A DNA stretch of 44,152 nt from Psammoneis japonica (taxonomy: Eukaryota). The notes beneath the pieces were generated by a model, which saw only the letters and a list, made by a program, of their open reading frames with translations, ran no database searches and was not told the origin of the DNA. The DNA is taken from NCBI GenBank assembly GCA_008632985.1, contig QPGO01000224.1:62001-106152 (forward strand). The letters run 5' to 3'. Position numbers and translations under genes: made by a program. Positions 11,588 to 22,204 of the stretch are shown here, in pieces; the first letter of the stretch is position 1, and the number at the start of each line of letters is the position of its first letter.

Positions 11588-12742
11588 CTACTTTACGAGT
11601 GTCTGGTTCAAGGACCAGAGCGGCTCTGCATCGATGAGAGAATTGTCCTTTCGATCTCGTTTCCAATCGTAAATACCCCCACGTTGTTCGAAAATTCAAG
11701 ATCAAAACCAGCTTGCTCCAAGGCACGGTGGACTCCCACCTTGAGAATGCTCTCCGAGGGGACTTTGCCGCCGTCGGAGCAGTCAAGAAAACACATGTTT
11801 TCGTCCAGCAAAAGATACGAGTTTGCATGACATTGTTGGGTTCGGGAATCATTATTTGAGAAAACTCATTATTGTGCCGGTCGACAAAGCTTTGAAATTG
11901 TCTTGCCGAAATGGTGAGCGAACGAGCATCGCGCAACTCCCCCGGTCCTCCGGCGTTTTCGCCCTTGAGAATGAGGCACTGAAAGACCTTCCACCGTTCT
12001 GGATTGAGCAGTTGGATGTTGGATCGCATGTCTTCTTCCCAATTCAGTCGACAAACGACAGTGTTTATTTTGAATTTGATGCCGTGTTGGTTGCACAAAT
12101 CGCGGACTCTGTTATTGACGGCAAATGGTGTGCGGGGTTTCAGTTAGCAATAAGGCCGTTTATTGTGTCATAATGAAGTACATGAAGTACAGTAGCAGGC
12201 GTCAACTTGTGTACAAGAAGAAAACAAACTCACCCAAGGACACGATCCACGTGCCGATTGTTCGCGTCACCTCCTCGTCCAATCGCCGCATTGGTGGCCG
12301 GAACAAAGGAGTCACAACTGACGGCCAAAACATCAACGTAGTTTCCGTATTCCTCCATCCATTTCTGTGTCACCAGAGATCCATTGGATACAATGCTCAC
12401 AGCCAATCCGAGATGGTGCGCCGAGCGGCACAATTCTCCCAATAAATGAGGTTTGAGAAAGGGTTCTCCACCGGCGAAATTGATCTTTTCCGTCCCCGCC
12501 TTTTGGAGCATGGCCAGGCCGGCACGACCCATTTGCAGGTCGAGGTGGTTTGTGTTCTTTTGTGTGTGAAAGCAAAACTTGCAAGAATAGTTGCAAACGC
12601 GGGAAATAAAGTAGTTCACCGACCGAACGGGGGATGATGCTTCTTTGCCATTGTTGTCGTTCATCGCCGCAGCGTTGTCCCAATCACTTGGCAGTGACGA
12701 GGAGACTCGCAACAACAACTCGTGCCGAGATAAAGGCGGCAT
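11588..12742 (-). CDS. RSAD2: Viperin (radical SAM ddhNTP synthase); 2 exons, with two 1-nt frameshifts in exon 2
   Basis: [19 protein letters not shown] (CxxxCxxC at 12572-12595), [44 protein letters not shown] and [20 protein letters not shown]. Restoring one A (~11822) and one T (~11692) gives the C-terminus RGGIYDW..VK-stop at 11588. The start may lie further upstream (~12908). Confidence 0.93.
12109..12233 (-). other. Spliceosomal intron of viperin (125 nt)
   Basis: GTGAGT donor, GCTAAC branch-like site and AACAG acceptor. Splicing joins [21 protein letters not shown] in frame. Confidence 0.85.
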
Positions 12743-13049
12743 TGCTGCGCGAGTAGTGAAAGAGGGAAAAGATACTGACGAGGACGCACCCACCAGCCCA
12801 GCTCGACGCGGCTCACCACCTCTCTGCGACAACCAGGCCGCACTGGTCGCTGGACGAGCAGCGTTGCAAGGACAATGGCGACGAGGAACAAGGAGGACAA
12901 CAACACATGGTTCTTTTCCTCCTTTGTGGTCGTGGACAGCAATAGAAAACAACAACAGAACCAAACTTATTTCCACTTTCCACGCCCTTTTGACGCGCGC
13001 AATTGAAAGCATCGGCATTGCGCGCGCTGGCAGCGAAAATTATTTCCTC

Positions 13050-16000
13050 AGCGTGCTGTTGTTGGAACCTCAGGGTTACCGTACGCAGAGGCAGTTTTCA
13101 CAGCACAGACAGGCACAAAGTTGCAGTGGAAGATGCGGCACATGCACTGAATGTTGTGAACGACGTGGCAAACATGAGCAGTTCGGGTTGCAGGTCTTGT
13201 GCTCACTTTTTAGCTTCTGCAACCAGGCAACACGGTGACCACCTGCTGCTGCAGGAACACTCTTGAGTTGGAGGCCATTTTTGCAGGACAGACAGACAAA
13301 TTTGCAGCGGAAGATGCGCGCGCTGATGATTGCGGACAATGCAGCAAACATGAGTGGTTTGGGCAGGTTGCAGGTCTTGTGCTCACTTTTCAGCTTCTGC
13401 ACCCAGGCAACATGGTGAACAGCCCAGCGCACAGTCAATGGCAATGTGTTTGCAAGCCATGCGGCAAGTTCGGAGTCAGTGAGACCAAGTGCAAACTAAG
13501 CCGGCAAGCCACGGACTCCAGCACAGAAGCTGAAAAGTCATGGCATGACACTCAAAAGAGTGGCATCATTCAAGGGTTGGGAAGTCATGAGGGGTCCAAA
13601 GGCAAAGGCTGGGAAGTTGTTGACAGGAATTCAAAGGAAAAGGCTGGAAAGTTGACAGGAGTCCAAAGGCACATCTCATGTGTTGGCAGATTGCAGTGAA
13701 CAAGCCAGCTGGATGAGGGCAAAGAAATAAATCTCCAGAGGGCCTTGTTGTCAAAAAAGCTGTCAAGTGTCTCCTGAAAAAAGGTGCAGCAAGAAGGTCA
13801 CATCAGGGTCGGTGAGACAGTGCGTGGCTGTTGGCAATTCATGAAACTCCAACATGAGCCCCGGAAAACATGGGCAAGGACACAGCTGAGTGTGGAAGCA
13901 CTGAAGATCCAAAGGAGTGGGTGTGTGACACCATTGCTGTGTCAGAGCAACAGGCAGATGATGATTGCATGGAAAGCCAGTGAAAAGATTGGTGCGAGCA
14001 TTTTGGAAGAATGTCCAGGCCAGAGATGCAGAGGCTGGTGTCCATGAGGCTGGAAAGCATGCACAAAGAGCCATCTGGGGCAAGAAAGAATGTGACCACT
14101 GTGTGAAGCAGAATGTGATCTCTGCAAGATTCAGAAGGTGAGGGCATTTTTTGCATGATTGTGGGGCAGCATGCAAAAGCCATTCATCAAAAACTTGAAG
14201 GAGCAATGGAGTTTGCAAGAGTCGCAAAGGAGTGGGGTGTGGCAGCACTGCTGGATGTTCTCAAGTTGATCTTGTTTGATGCAAATGGGAAGACAAACCC
14301 GCATGTTCAGGTGGTCAAGGCTTGGAAGCAACTGGCACTCATTTGCCAAAATGAAGAAGAGGGTGCTTTAAGATTGTCACAATGAGTTTGTGAGAGTGGT
14401 GGAAGTGGTGGAAGTGTCCCACAGCAGGATCATCTCAGAAGAAATCACCAAGAATGAAGATGGGTTTAGCAAGATGTGACATGTGGGCAGTCAGCAGTTT
14501 CTGTGAATCTGTGCAGAATTTGCACTGAAGCCTGTGCGGAAAACTTTCTGAGCCAACAGAAAATTGCAAGAAATGACGACCAGCACATGAACCATTGGGC
14601 TTCAACATTCATCATTTTTCACTGATGAACATTGCTCATCATGCTGCAATGAGGTTGTGCCATCAGTGAATGTGGGCAAAACAGGCTTGTTGGAGCCAAC
14701 AAGATGCCATCTCTGAGAAAGGTGACATCAGCAGCACAAGAAGTTGCACAGAACCCCTTGCAGAAGCTGAGGGCTGATGTCAAAAAGTCACCCAGAACAA
14801 AGAAAGGAGCAAGTTGTCAGCTGTGACGTGCTGATGGAAGGTGCCAAGGAATGTTGGCATGTCTTGAAAAACTTGCATGGGCAGCTCACACTGGGGATGG
14901 ACATTTGTCCAAATTCAGCGGGCCAAGGAGGCACTGCAGGTGTTGGACACCTGTGGGACCAACAGGAAACCTGAGCACACGAGCTTTGCACAGAACAAGA
15001 AGAAGCAGACCAAATGCTGGAAATGCAACTAAGTTCAGACATCCAAGGAGGGATTGTCCTGACAATGATCATTCATTGGCGGAGTCAGATGATGTGGGCC
15101 ACAGGAATTGGCAGAACAGTTGATGTGGTGTTGGGCAGCATGGTTTCCAAGTGTCATCCTCCCATTCTTGATGTGCACAAGGCCAGTCAATTGATGACTC
15201 ATCAAAGAAGTGTGGTGTTAGAGAGCATTGGGGTGAGAGGCAGTTTTCACAGGACAGACAAAGTTGCAGTGGAAGATGCACTGATGACTGTGGATGAAGT
15301 GGCAAATGCATGTTCGTGGCTTGGTTTGGGTTGCAGGTCTTGTGCTTGCTTTTTAGCTTTTGCACCCAGTCAACATGGCAATGGTGGTCAATGGTGACAG
15401 CAATGTGTTTGCAAGCCACGCAGTGAGTTCAGAGTCAGCAAGACTAAAAACACACTGGTTGGCAAACTGGTCAACCAATGTTGCACACCAACCAAGATTT
15501 GGCACAACATCCCTTTCTCTTTCAAAAATCAACCATGGCACACCACTTTTGAAGTGCCCCCCCCCCCCCCCCCCCAAAAAAGAAAGCAGAGTTTACAAAA
15601 AGGGCACTCGGCCAGCAGCAGGGCTGCCAGAGTTGATGAGGCACTTTCTACACACCCGAGACAACAAAAATTGGGTCTGGCAAGAAGAAGACTGCTGCAG
15701 CCAAGAATGATCAAGATGAGAAGTGCAAGGCATCAGTGGATGGTGGTTGGGTCCACTGCAGCAAAAAAAACAAGGACAAACATCTCTGTTGGCCCAAGCA
15801 AGGGGCCTCATCTGTCAACCACAACAGGCACTGTGAACAAATGCCTGCCTGAGAAGGGCTGGCATTGTGGTGGCAATGGAGAAGCTCAATTGACCAAAGA
15901 AGCACCCACCACCAATGTTGTTGGAGCACCAGTCAATGTCATCAGAAAGCACATCAATGGCAGACCTGTGGGGCAGCATCAGATTGGAAGCCACACATTG

Positions 16001-16650
16001 ACAAGTGCTTGTGCTCATGGCAGCACAGCACAACTCCTCAGTGCAAGAAAGGAGTTGCATCTTTGGCTGTGACTCCTGTGGAGGGTGAACTCTTGAGTGT
16101 GCCCAGCAGAGCCTGCTGAGGGGATGCTCAAGATTTCCTCAAAGAGCCATCTGAGAATCAGATGCAACATGCTGTGGCCAACCCACAAGTTGTTGCAGCA
16201 CACAAGGCAGTGCAAAGACTGCAAACCATGGCATCTCACAGCTCCAGCTTGTTCCAGACACAAATCAAGAGGGGGCAAAAAAGCAAAGATCTCTCTGTGC
16301 AGCACAAGCAGAGTGTTGCACCAAGCTCCAAAAAAGTTTGCTGTGATGGTTTCAAGAAAGCAAGCAAGAACCGTGGGCCTTGAGATGGCCAGCACAAGCC
16401 AGAAAATTCAGTGAGAAAAGACACAAGCAAGCGTGGGCAATGCAGGGCAACACAGGGCAAAAGCAGTGGCACTTGTCACAATGACCTGAAGGTGCCACAA
16501 AACAGGACATCAGTGGCACAAGTTTGGTGCAAATTGCCGGTGCATTCTTGCCCTGGCAAGCAAGTGCCTTGGCGACACTTGCCTTGGACTCTGCCCAAAA
16601 CTGGGGTCGCTTCTTATGCAGTTTGGGAGCATCATGTTGGGGATTTGGGG
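13050..16650. repeat. Decayed CpG/TpA-depleted block containing three diverged copies of a ~150-200 bp unit
   Basis: The motif string ttgcagtggaagatgc...ggttgcaggtcttgtgct...agcttctgca recurs at ~13090-13240, ~13287-13490 and ~15237-15445. Confidence 0.7.
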
Positions 16651-16823
16651 TCGGGATGGAGGTGACAAAGACAGATGGCACCGGTTGACCTGCGAGTTCT
16701 ACAGTGCAGCTTGTCACGCAGCCAACCTAGATGTCACATTAATCCTGCGCAACTGGCGGGAAAATTTATTTACCACACAAAAGGCCGAAGTAAAAGACTC
16801 AAACACGTCAGCAATAAAACACA

Positions 16824-18792
16824 TTAAGCAATTGATGTTTGACACGCACATCTGTTGCGACGACGACTCCGTCCTGACAAGCGACCCCACAATGAAACCC
16901 TTGTTGAAGTCAATCGCACTGCGGTGCGCTTTGAACTCCTTGACAAGTTTTTCAATTGCCTCCAGAGACATGGCATCCTGCTTGATCTCTTGAGAGATGT
17001 CAGGCTGTGAAAGAACCATGCAAGCACAAATGCATCGTCAAGCGCGTCGAGAAAACTTGCGAATTCTCTCGGTGGTGAGTGCATCGGCCGACAATGATTC
17101 TCGCACCAGCGCTCTAAAGTTCTTTTTTTCCCTTTTTCCTTGACAAAGGTTGCAGATGATGGCATTGCTTTGCCAGTCCCCAGGAACATTCCATGCCTTC
17201 CCCAGCCATTTCTGGATGACACTTGGGCATTTGATCGATTGTCACACCCATTTTTCGACCCATCGTTTGCAACAACGTCTCCTTGTTGACGAAATCATCG
17301 CAGGTAGACATCAAGTGTAGCAGAGACGTGGACTTGTCAATCTCGCCGTCTGCAACCTTTGTGCCATCCATTGTGTGCTTCCTGGGGTTGTTTGGATCAA
17401 TGAATCCACGCTCGCACAAGATTTGCTTCAAAAACCTTTTGCTTTGTCGCACCATCCACACTTCACTTTTTGAACCGTTTCTTCCACAGGTGCGTTGTTG
17501 ATCTTGGCTGTGTCAATCAAATCGTCCTTCTTCTTGCCCCTGATGTTCTTGACATTCTTTTGTAGGAGTTTGTCACAGAGTTCAGGGTGTGAAAACTTTC
17601 GAGTTTCAGTTTCTCCTGCGACAGGTACGTCACACTTCTCGGCTTGTCGTTGCTCCGGTGTCATCCAATGCAGCCCCTCATCATTCTCACCAAAAACCAT
17701 TGTCTGCATTGATCCTGCAGATGGCACTCCAATGGCCTCAGCATGTGGGCCTAGAAAGCCCTCTGCCTGTAGAATCTCAGCAGGGTGCATTTTGCTCTGG
17801 CTGCCGCCAACGCCTGTGTTCATCATGCGTTTGTTGCAAATCAGTCTGTCGGCTCTCTGCTTGTCATGCCGGCAAGAATGGTCAAAGAGGAAATGACATT
17901 CAAACTGTGGATGCATGACCTTCAAACAGTCGACACAATCCTCCAGCTGGACCAACATGTGGTTGTAATTCCAGTGGCCTCCGTTGTTGGCGCCACATTC
18001 AAACTCACGAAGAAATGGGCTCTCAGTCAGTTTCGGCTTGTGTTGCTTTTTGCCAAACACCACTTCTGCGGCTTCTTCATCGGTGTAGCATTTGCCTGCA
18101 CGAGTTGCATTTATCTCTGCAAGCTGCTCTTGTGATGTGTCGGCGTCACGCATGAGGCCAACCTCACGGCACTGGAACAAGGACTCCATTGCGCCTTCAC
18201 CGTCATCTTTTGGTGGCAGAGGTCTTTCACCGTCAGGACCTGACCAAGATTTTGTGCTGAGTAAGTGCTGCTTGAAAATGGCTTCGTCTTGTCCAAAGAT
18301 CATAACTGGCTTTTCATTTGGGTCCTTACGCACGCTTTCGCTCCCCCCAAATTGCACGGACAGCTTCTCGGCGAGGATTGGATGGGTGGGGTCTATGACG
18401 GTGTCGACGTGGTGTTCCACAAAATCGTCCCCATCAACTTGGTGTTCATGTCCCACTTTGGCTGGGAGTGCTTCAGCCGCGATCAGGTCTGTTGCAATGG
18501 CTTTTGGCAGCTGCATCCAGCGCAAGGTACGTCGTTCTTTCGTGAGGTGTCTACGGACCACTGCATTCCTGCACCTCACATTGTCCGGTCGTTCATGATT
18601 GTCAACGTAGCACATCTTTTTGTTTGGTCCATGTATGAAACCAAACTGGTTCATCCAATTAGAAACAGCATTGGAGGAGATGCTTTGTTGGTTTTCCCCG
18701 GTGAGCAATCCATGCTGATTCAGGAACTCCCGTTCCGATTGAAAAATTTCCTCCCCATTCTTGTGGCGGCTTTCATTCTCTCTCTTCAACAT
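16824..18792 (-). mobile_element. Decayed DDE transposase of an IS630/Tc1/mariner-type DNA transposon (clade with a long insertion between the second D and E)
   Basis: YVDNHERPD, IFGQDEAIF (D), PKDDGEG, FLFDHS (D), KG.KQIL.ERG, PKCHPEMAGEGMECSWG.AK (E) and FKAHRSA.D, spread over three frames. TIRs were not identified. Confidence 0.8.
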
Positions 18793-18798
18793 TGAATC

Positions 18799-19416
18799 AT
18801 GCCCACTGCTACTTCAAGCCTCCATCCTGCCACTACCCCTCGACGACCGCGTCACTTCGCGACAGAAGATGAAGATTGTGATATAGACGTCTTCCTTCGT
18901 TCCCTGGGATTACATGAAACACAGCGTCAAGCGGCGATTGAGAGTTGCAACGAACACTTGGTTCTTACTGTCGATGATCTGTGCATGATTGCCAGTCAAG
19001 GACAAGACAAACTCAAGGAACTCTTTCCTCAATTGGGAATTCGAGCGCGAGTCCAGGCCTGGCTCGACCGTCGTCCAAGCCAAGTACTACAACCGGTGGA
19101 ACCGGTGCTGGTGACTCGGCGACGCGTCCTTCGAAACAATCCAACCGATACGGGCCGTGAAGGAATATTTGAAGTCTATATCAAGCCCATGGTAGGAGGG
19201 ACACTATATATCAAAAACGTTACCTGTGATACTTCCGTGATGGATCTGAAAGCATTGGTCAGCGAGAAAAGCAGAAATGATATGCCAGTTTCGTCCTTCG
19301 ACCTCGTTACGGACATTGCTTACAGAAGGATGAAGGAATTGAATCGACCGTTGTCCTATTATGGTGTACTCAACAAATGTACGATTCATGCTTTGTTCGC
19401 TCGTCGAAACGAATAA
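18799..19416 (+). CDS. Protein with a SAM-like domain and a C-terminal ubiquitin-like domain (no terminal GG)
   Basis: 205 aa ORF of normal composition. SAM-like segment IDVFLRSLGL..LTVDDL..LKELFPQLGIRARV; Ubl-like segment FEVYIKPMVGGTLYI..V..DTSVMDLKALV..RPLSYYGV....TIH. Confidence 0.7.
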   Translation: MPTATSSLHPATTPRRPRHFATEDEDCDIDVFLRSLGLHETQRQAAIESCNEHLVLTVDDLCMIASQGQDKLKELFPQLGIRARVQAWLDRRPSQVLQPVEPVLVTRRRVLRNNPTDTGREGIFEVYIKPMVGGTLYIKNVTCDTSVMDLKALVSEKSRNDMPVSSFDLVTDIAYRRMKELNRPLSYYGVLNKCTIHALFARRNE

Positions 19417-20028
19417 TGCAACTGATCTGTTAGGCTCGAGAGCAAAATTATCTTTTCTCTATACCAGCACAAGAACAAGAAACCAAAGTACATGTCAATC
19501 AGAAATATTTCAAACAACGACAACGCTTTCAAACAGAACGAGACCAATGACTTGAAGTCTTGGTTACAATAAAAACATTGGTGGGCACACTAGAGATCGT
19601 GTTCATACATGTAACTTGCAGAAATCTACTGGAATCATACTACAACAAGTTGTCAAAGATTGTTTTGAGCTTAGGCTCTGTAGAAACGTAAAAATTCAAA
19701 AGGAGATTGAGATTTCAGAAATGCGAGTTTAGTTCATAGTATGCGTTTGTGTTGCTTTTTTATTGCCAATTCAATTAATTCTTTCACTTCTTCTGACTAA
19801 TTGTTTGCCTCGATTTGGTGCCACTCTCGCCAACACAGAACTACTCTCTGATTGTGTCCGCGGGCTTACTCTAGAATCTCCTCAGCAATACCAAATCGAA
19901 AATTGGGATAATCATAAAAGAAGTTTTGGAAAACGATGCGCAATTAGATATATTTGGAAAAGATGTACAGGATGGCGCATAGTGCCGATATAGGATAAAG
20001 AAAGGTCGTCTTTCTTCCAAAGAGTGGT

Positions 20029-21649
20029 TTAGCGCGTCGTCGTCGAACCATACGCCGTGGTGATGGCATCTTCAATGTCAGAAGAAGAAAAGGAACCTTC
20101 CAAGTCATCTTCCTCATCGAAGGTACTCATGGTTTCCATAGTTTCCAAAGACCGAGGGGAACCAACGGCATCGTCCTTTTTTGGTAGATAGATATCGTCC
20201 GGTCGAAAGCGCATCACAAGCTTGACTAGGTCGGCCAACAGCCAAGCGACAGAAAAGACACCCGATGCTTCCAGTAAGAGACAAAATTGAATGGTGAAAC
20301 GAGCGACGGGGTTACCGATAAACGCAATGGGAAAGATGAAGCGATAATCCGCCAAATCAACGATGCCACCACAGTAGTGATGAGAGCACCGGGCAATCCC
20401 GTGTTGAAGAAATCTTGCAGACCGTCACTGACACCCAGAACAGTCTTTCCTTTTTCTACTGTTGGGTCCACATCGGTCGTGGTGATGCGAGCCAGCAGGA
20501 ACATACAAGTCGTCACACAAATTTGACGACCAATCAGAAAGGCTTTGAAGTTGTAGCCTTGGAATACCAGCTTACAATTGGCATGGGCAGAGGGGTGTTT
20601 GGCGAGCTCTCGCTCGGGGAGTTTCACCACTGCAAAGACGGCAATCTGCATGGCTTCCAGTACGCCCAAGAAGCATGTCAATCCGAAGAATATGGCAATC
20701 GATACAGTCTTGTTCAGGCCCTTGCACATGGTGGTCTGGCCATTCAACAGAGCCGACCACGTGACAGCAATGGCACCAGCGAGAAGAGCAAAGGAGAATG
20801 CCACACGAATCCAGTATGTAAAACGTTCCGACGGGGATCGTGATGGCCGGTAGTCGACGACGACTCTTCGTTGGCAAACATGGAAAAGAAGCACTGTATC
20901 AAATAGGTTGCATGTAGCAAACCGGAGGCTTCAACGGCCAGGCATACCCACGTCGTAGCTACCATATAGGGTGTGTTGATAAAGTCCAGCATGCAATTGG
21001 TGGCATTCACTTCGGCCGAGAGTTGCCCCAAAATGACGGTGATCAACATGACGGCCAAACCCGACCCCAAAATAATCTCAATCATTTCTTTGTTAAACCC
21101 TGGAACTTGAGCGTCTTCAACCACAGTGCAGCACAAGTTGAGGCAAAACACCACGAGTACGACCAAAAACTGTCGACCGACAATAAAGCGGTTCAAGTTA
21201 TCTCCTTTGTATACCATGGCTGTGCATTGATATGCGCTGGTATGACTTTGTTGATAGGCAACGGGGTCTATCGGCTGCAGTCCCACCAACGACCCTTGTC
21301 CTCCTTCCAGTACTCCCAGCCAGAAAATGAGTAACCACATGGCTATAAAGGCTACCATGGGGTTGGACTCTTTGGCCACGGGAGTTTCATTGGCTATAAT
21401 ACCGGCCAGGATCATATTCAGACATAAACCCAACAGCGCCAAGGAACAACTATATTTTATCATGCGGATGACTTGCTCTCGACTGATTCCCTGCTTCCTA
21501 GCGCTGATCACCCAAGAACATAGTGTTCTGCTAGATGGTGACGATGGTTCCTCTTCCGACTCACAATTGCTTGTCATGAAAAAGCGTTCCGTACCACCTT
21601 GTGAAGAAGATCCATCACAATTTAGTTGACCTTTCTCGGTGTCAATCAA
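20029..21649 (-). CDS. SIT: Silicic acid transporter (SIT); reconstructed across two 1-nt frameshifts (~20820 and ~20330); start uncertain
   Basis: LEGGQGSLVGL, NRFIVGRQFLV, GQL.AEVNATNCMLDFIN, EASGLLHA.Y, LEAMQIA.FAV, FLIGRQICVT..MF..ARIT, FFNTGL.GALITT.VAS..WR..ASSFP and LEASGV.S.AW; about 10 hydrophobic segments. Confidence 0.93.
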
Positions 21650-22204
21650 GGGCTGCTTTTCGGGAACAGATACGTCTTGTTGGCCATCGCTTGTTAAAAT
21701 GGACTCATGGTGGCAATGACAAGAGATCGTTTACTCGAAGCCTCCTTGGCGGTTCGCCTCTTTGCTATGTATGCAATTTTTTTGCATAAAATAATGATGA
21801 TGAGGCAGGAAACTCGATCTGTGTGTGCAAACGAAAAACAGACATCGATTTTTAAGTTGAATGTTGCCTATCCAGCTTTTGTAATGAACATATAATTCCA
21901 ACTGCCCTTCCAACTGTTTTTCAACAAAAACCGACGTTGAATCATTATGTATTTATCTGTCAATAACGTTCTAACCGTTATAAGACAGAGAAAGGACTCC
22001 AAACAGACATCCGTTTAAATTTTAAAAATAATATGAATTTATTCAGTCTTAAATAAATAATTTATGCCAGCCCCTGTGGAATTCCTGTACAGTATGGCAT
22101 TGGAACCGTTATTTTTTTAATACATCATAAGACAGAGAAAGCATCGTCACAGGCTCAGAATCATCTCGCATCCTCCCACTTTTTGCGTTTTCTCGGACTG
22201 GATC

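Noticed and set aside
8874..12742. Bacterial contaminant or prokaryotic viperin operon
   Set aside because: Viperin has a spliceosomal intron, the genes are convergent rather than co-directional, and the contig carries a diatom SIT.
15557..15575. Poly-C tract (and the poly-G tract at 31854-31869)
   Set aside because: Simple homopolymers inside decayed repeats; lengths are unreliable in this assembly and there is no evidence of function.
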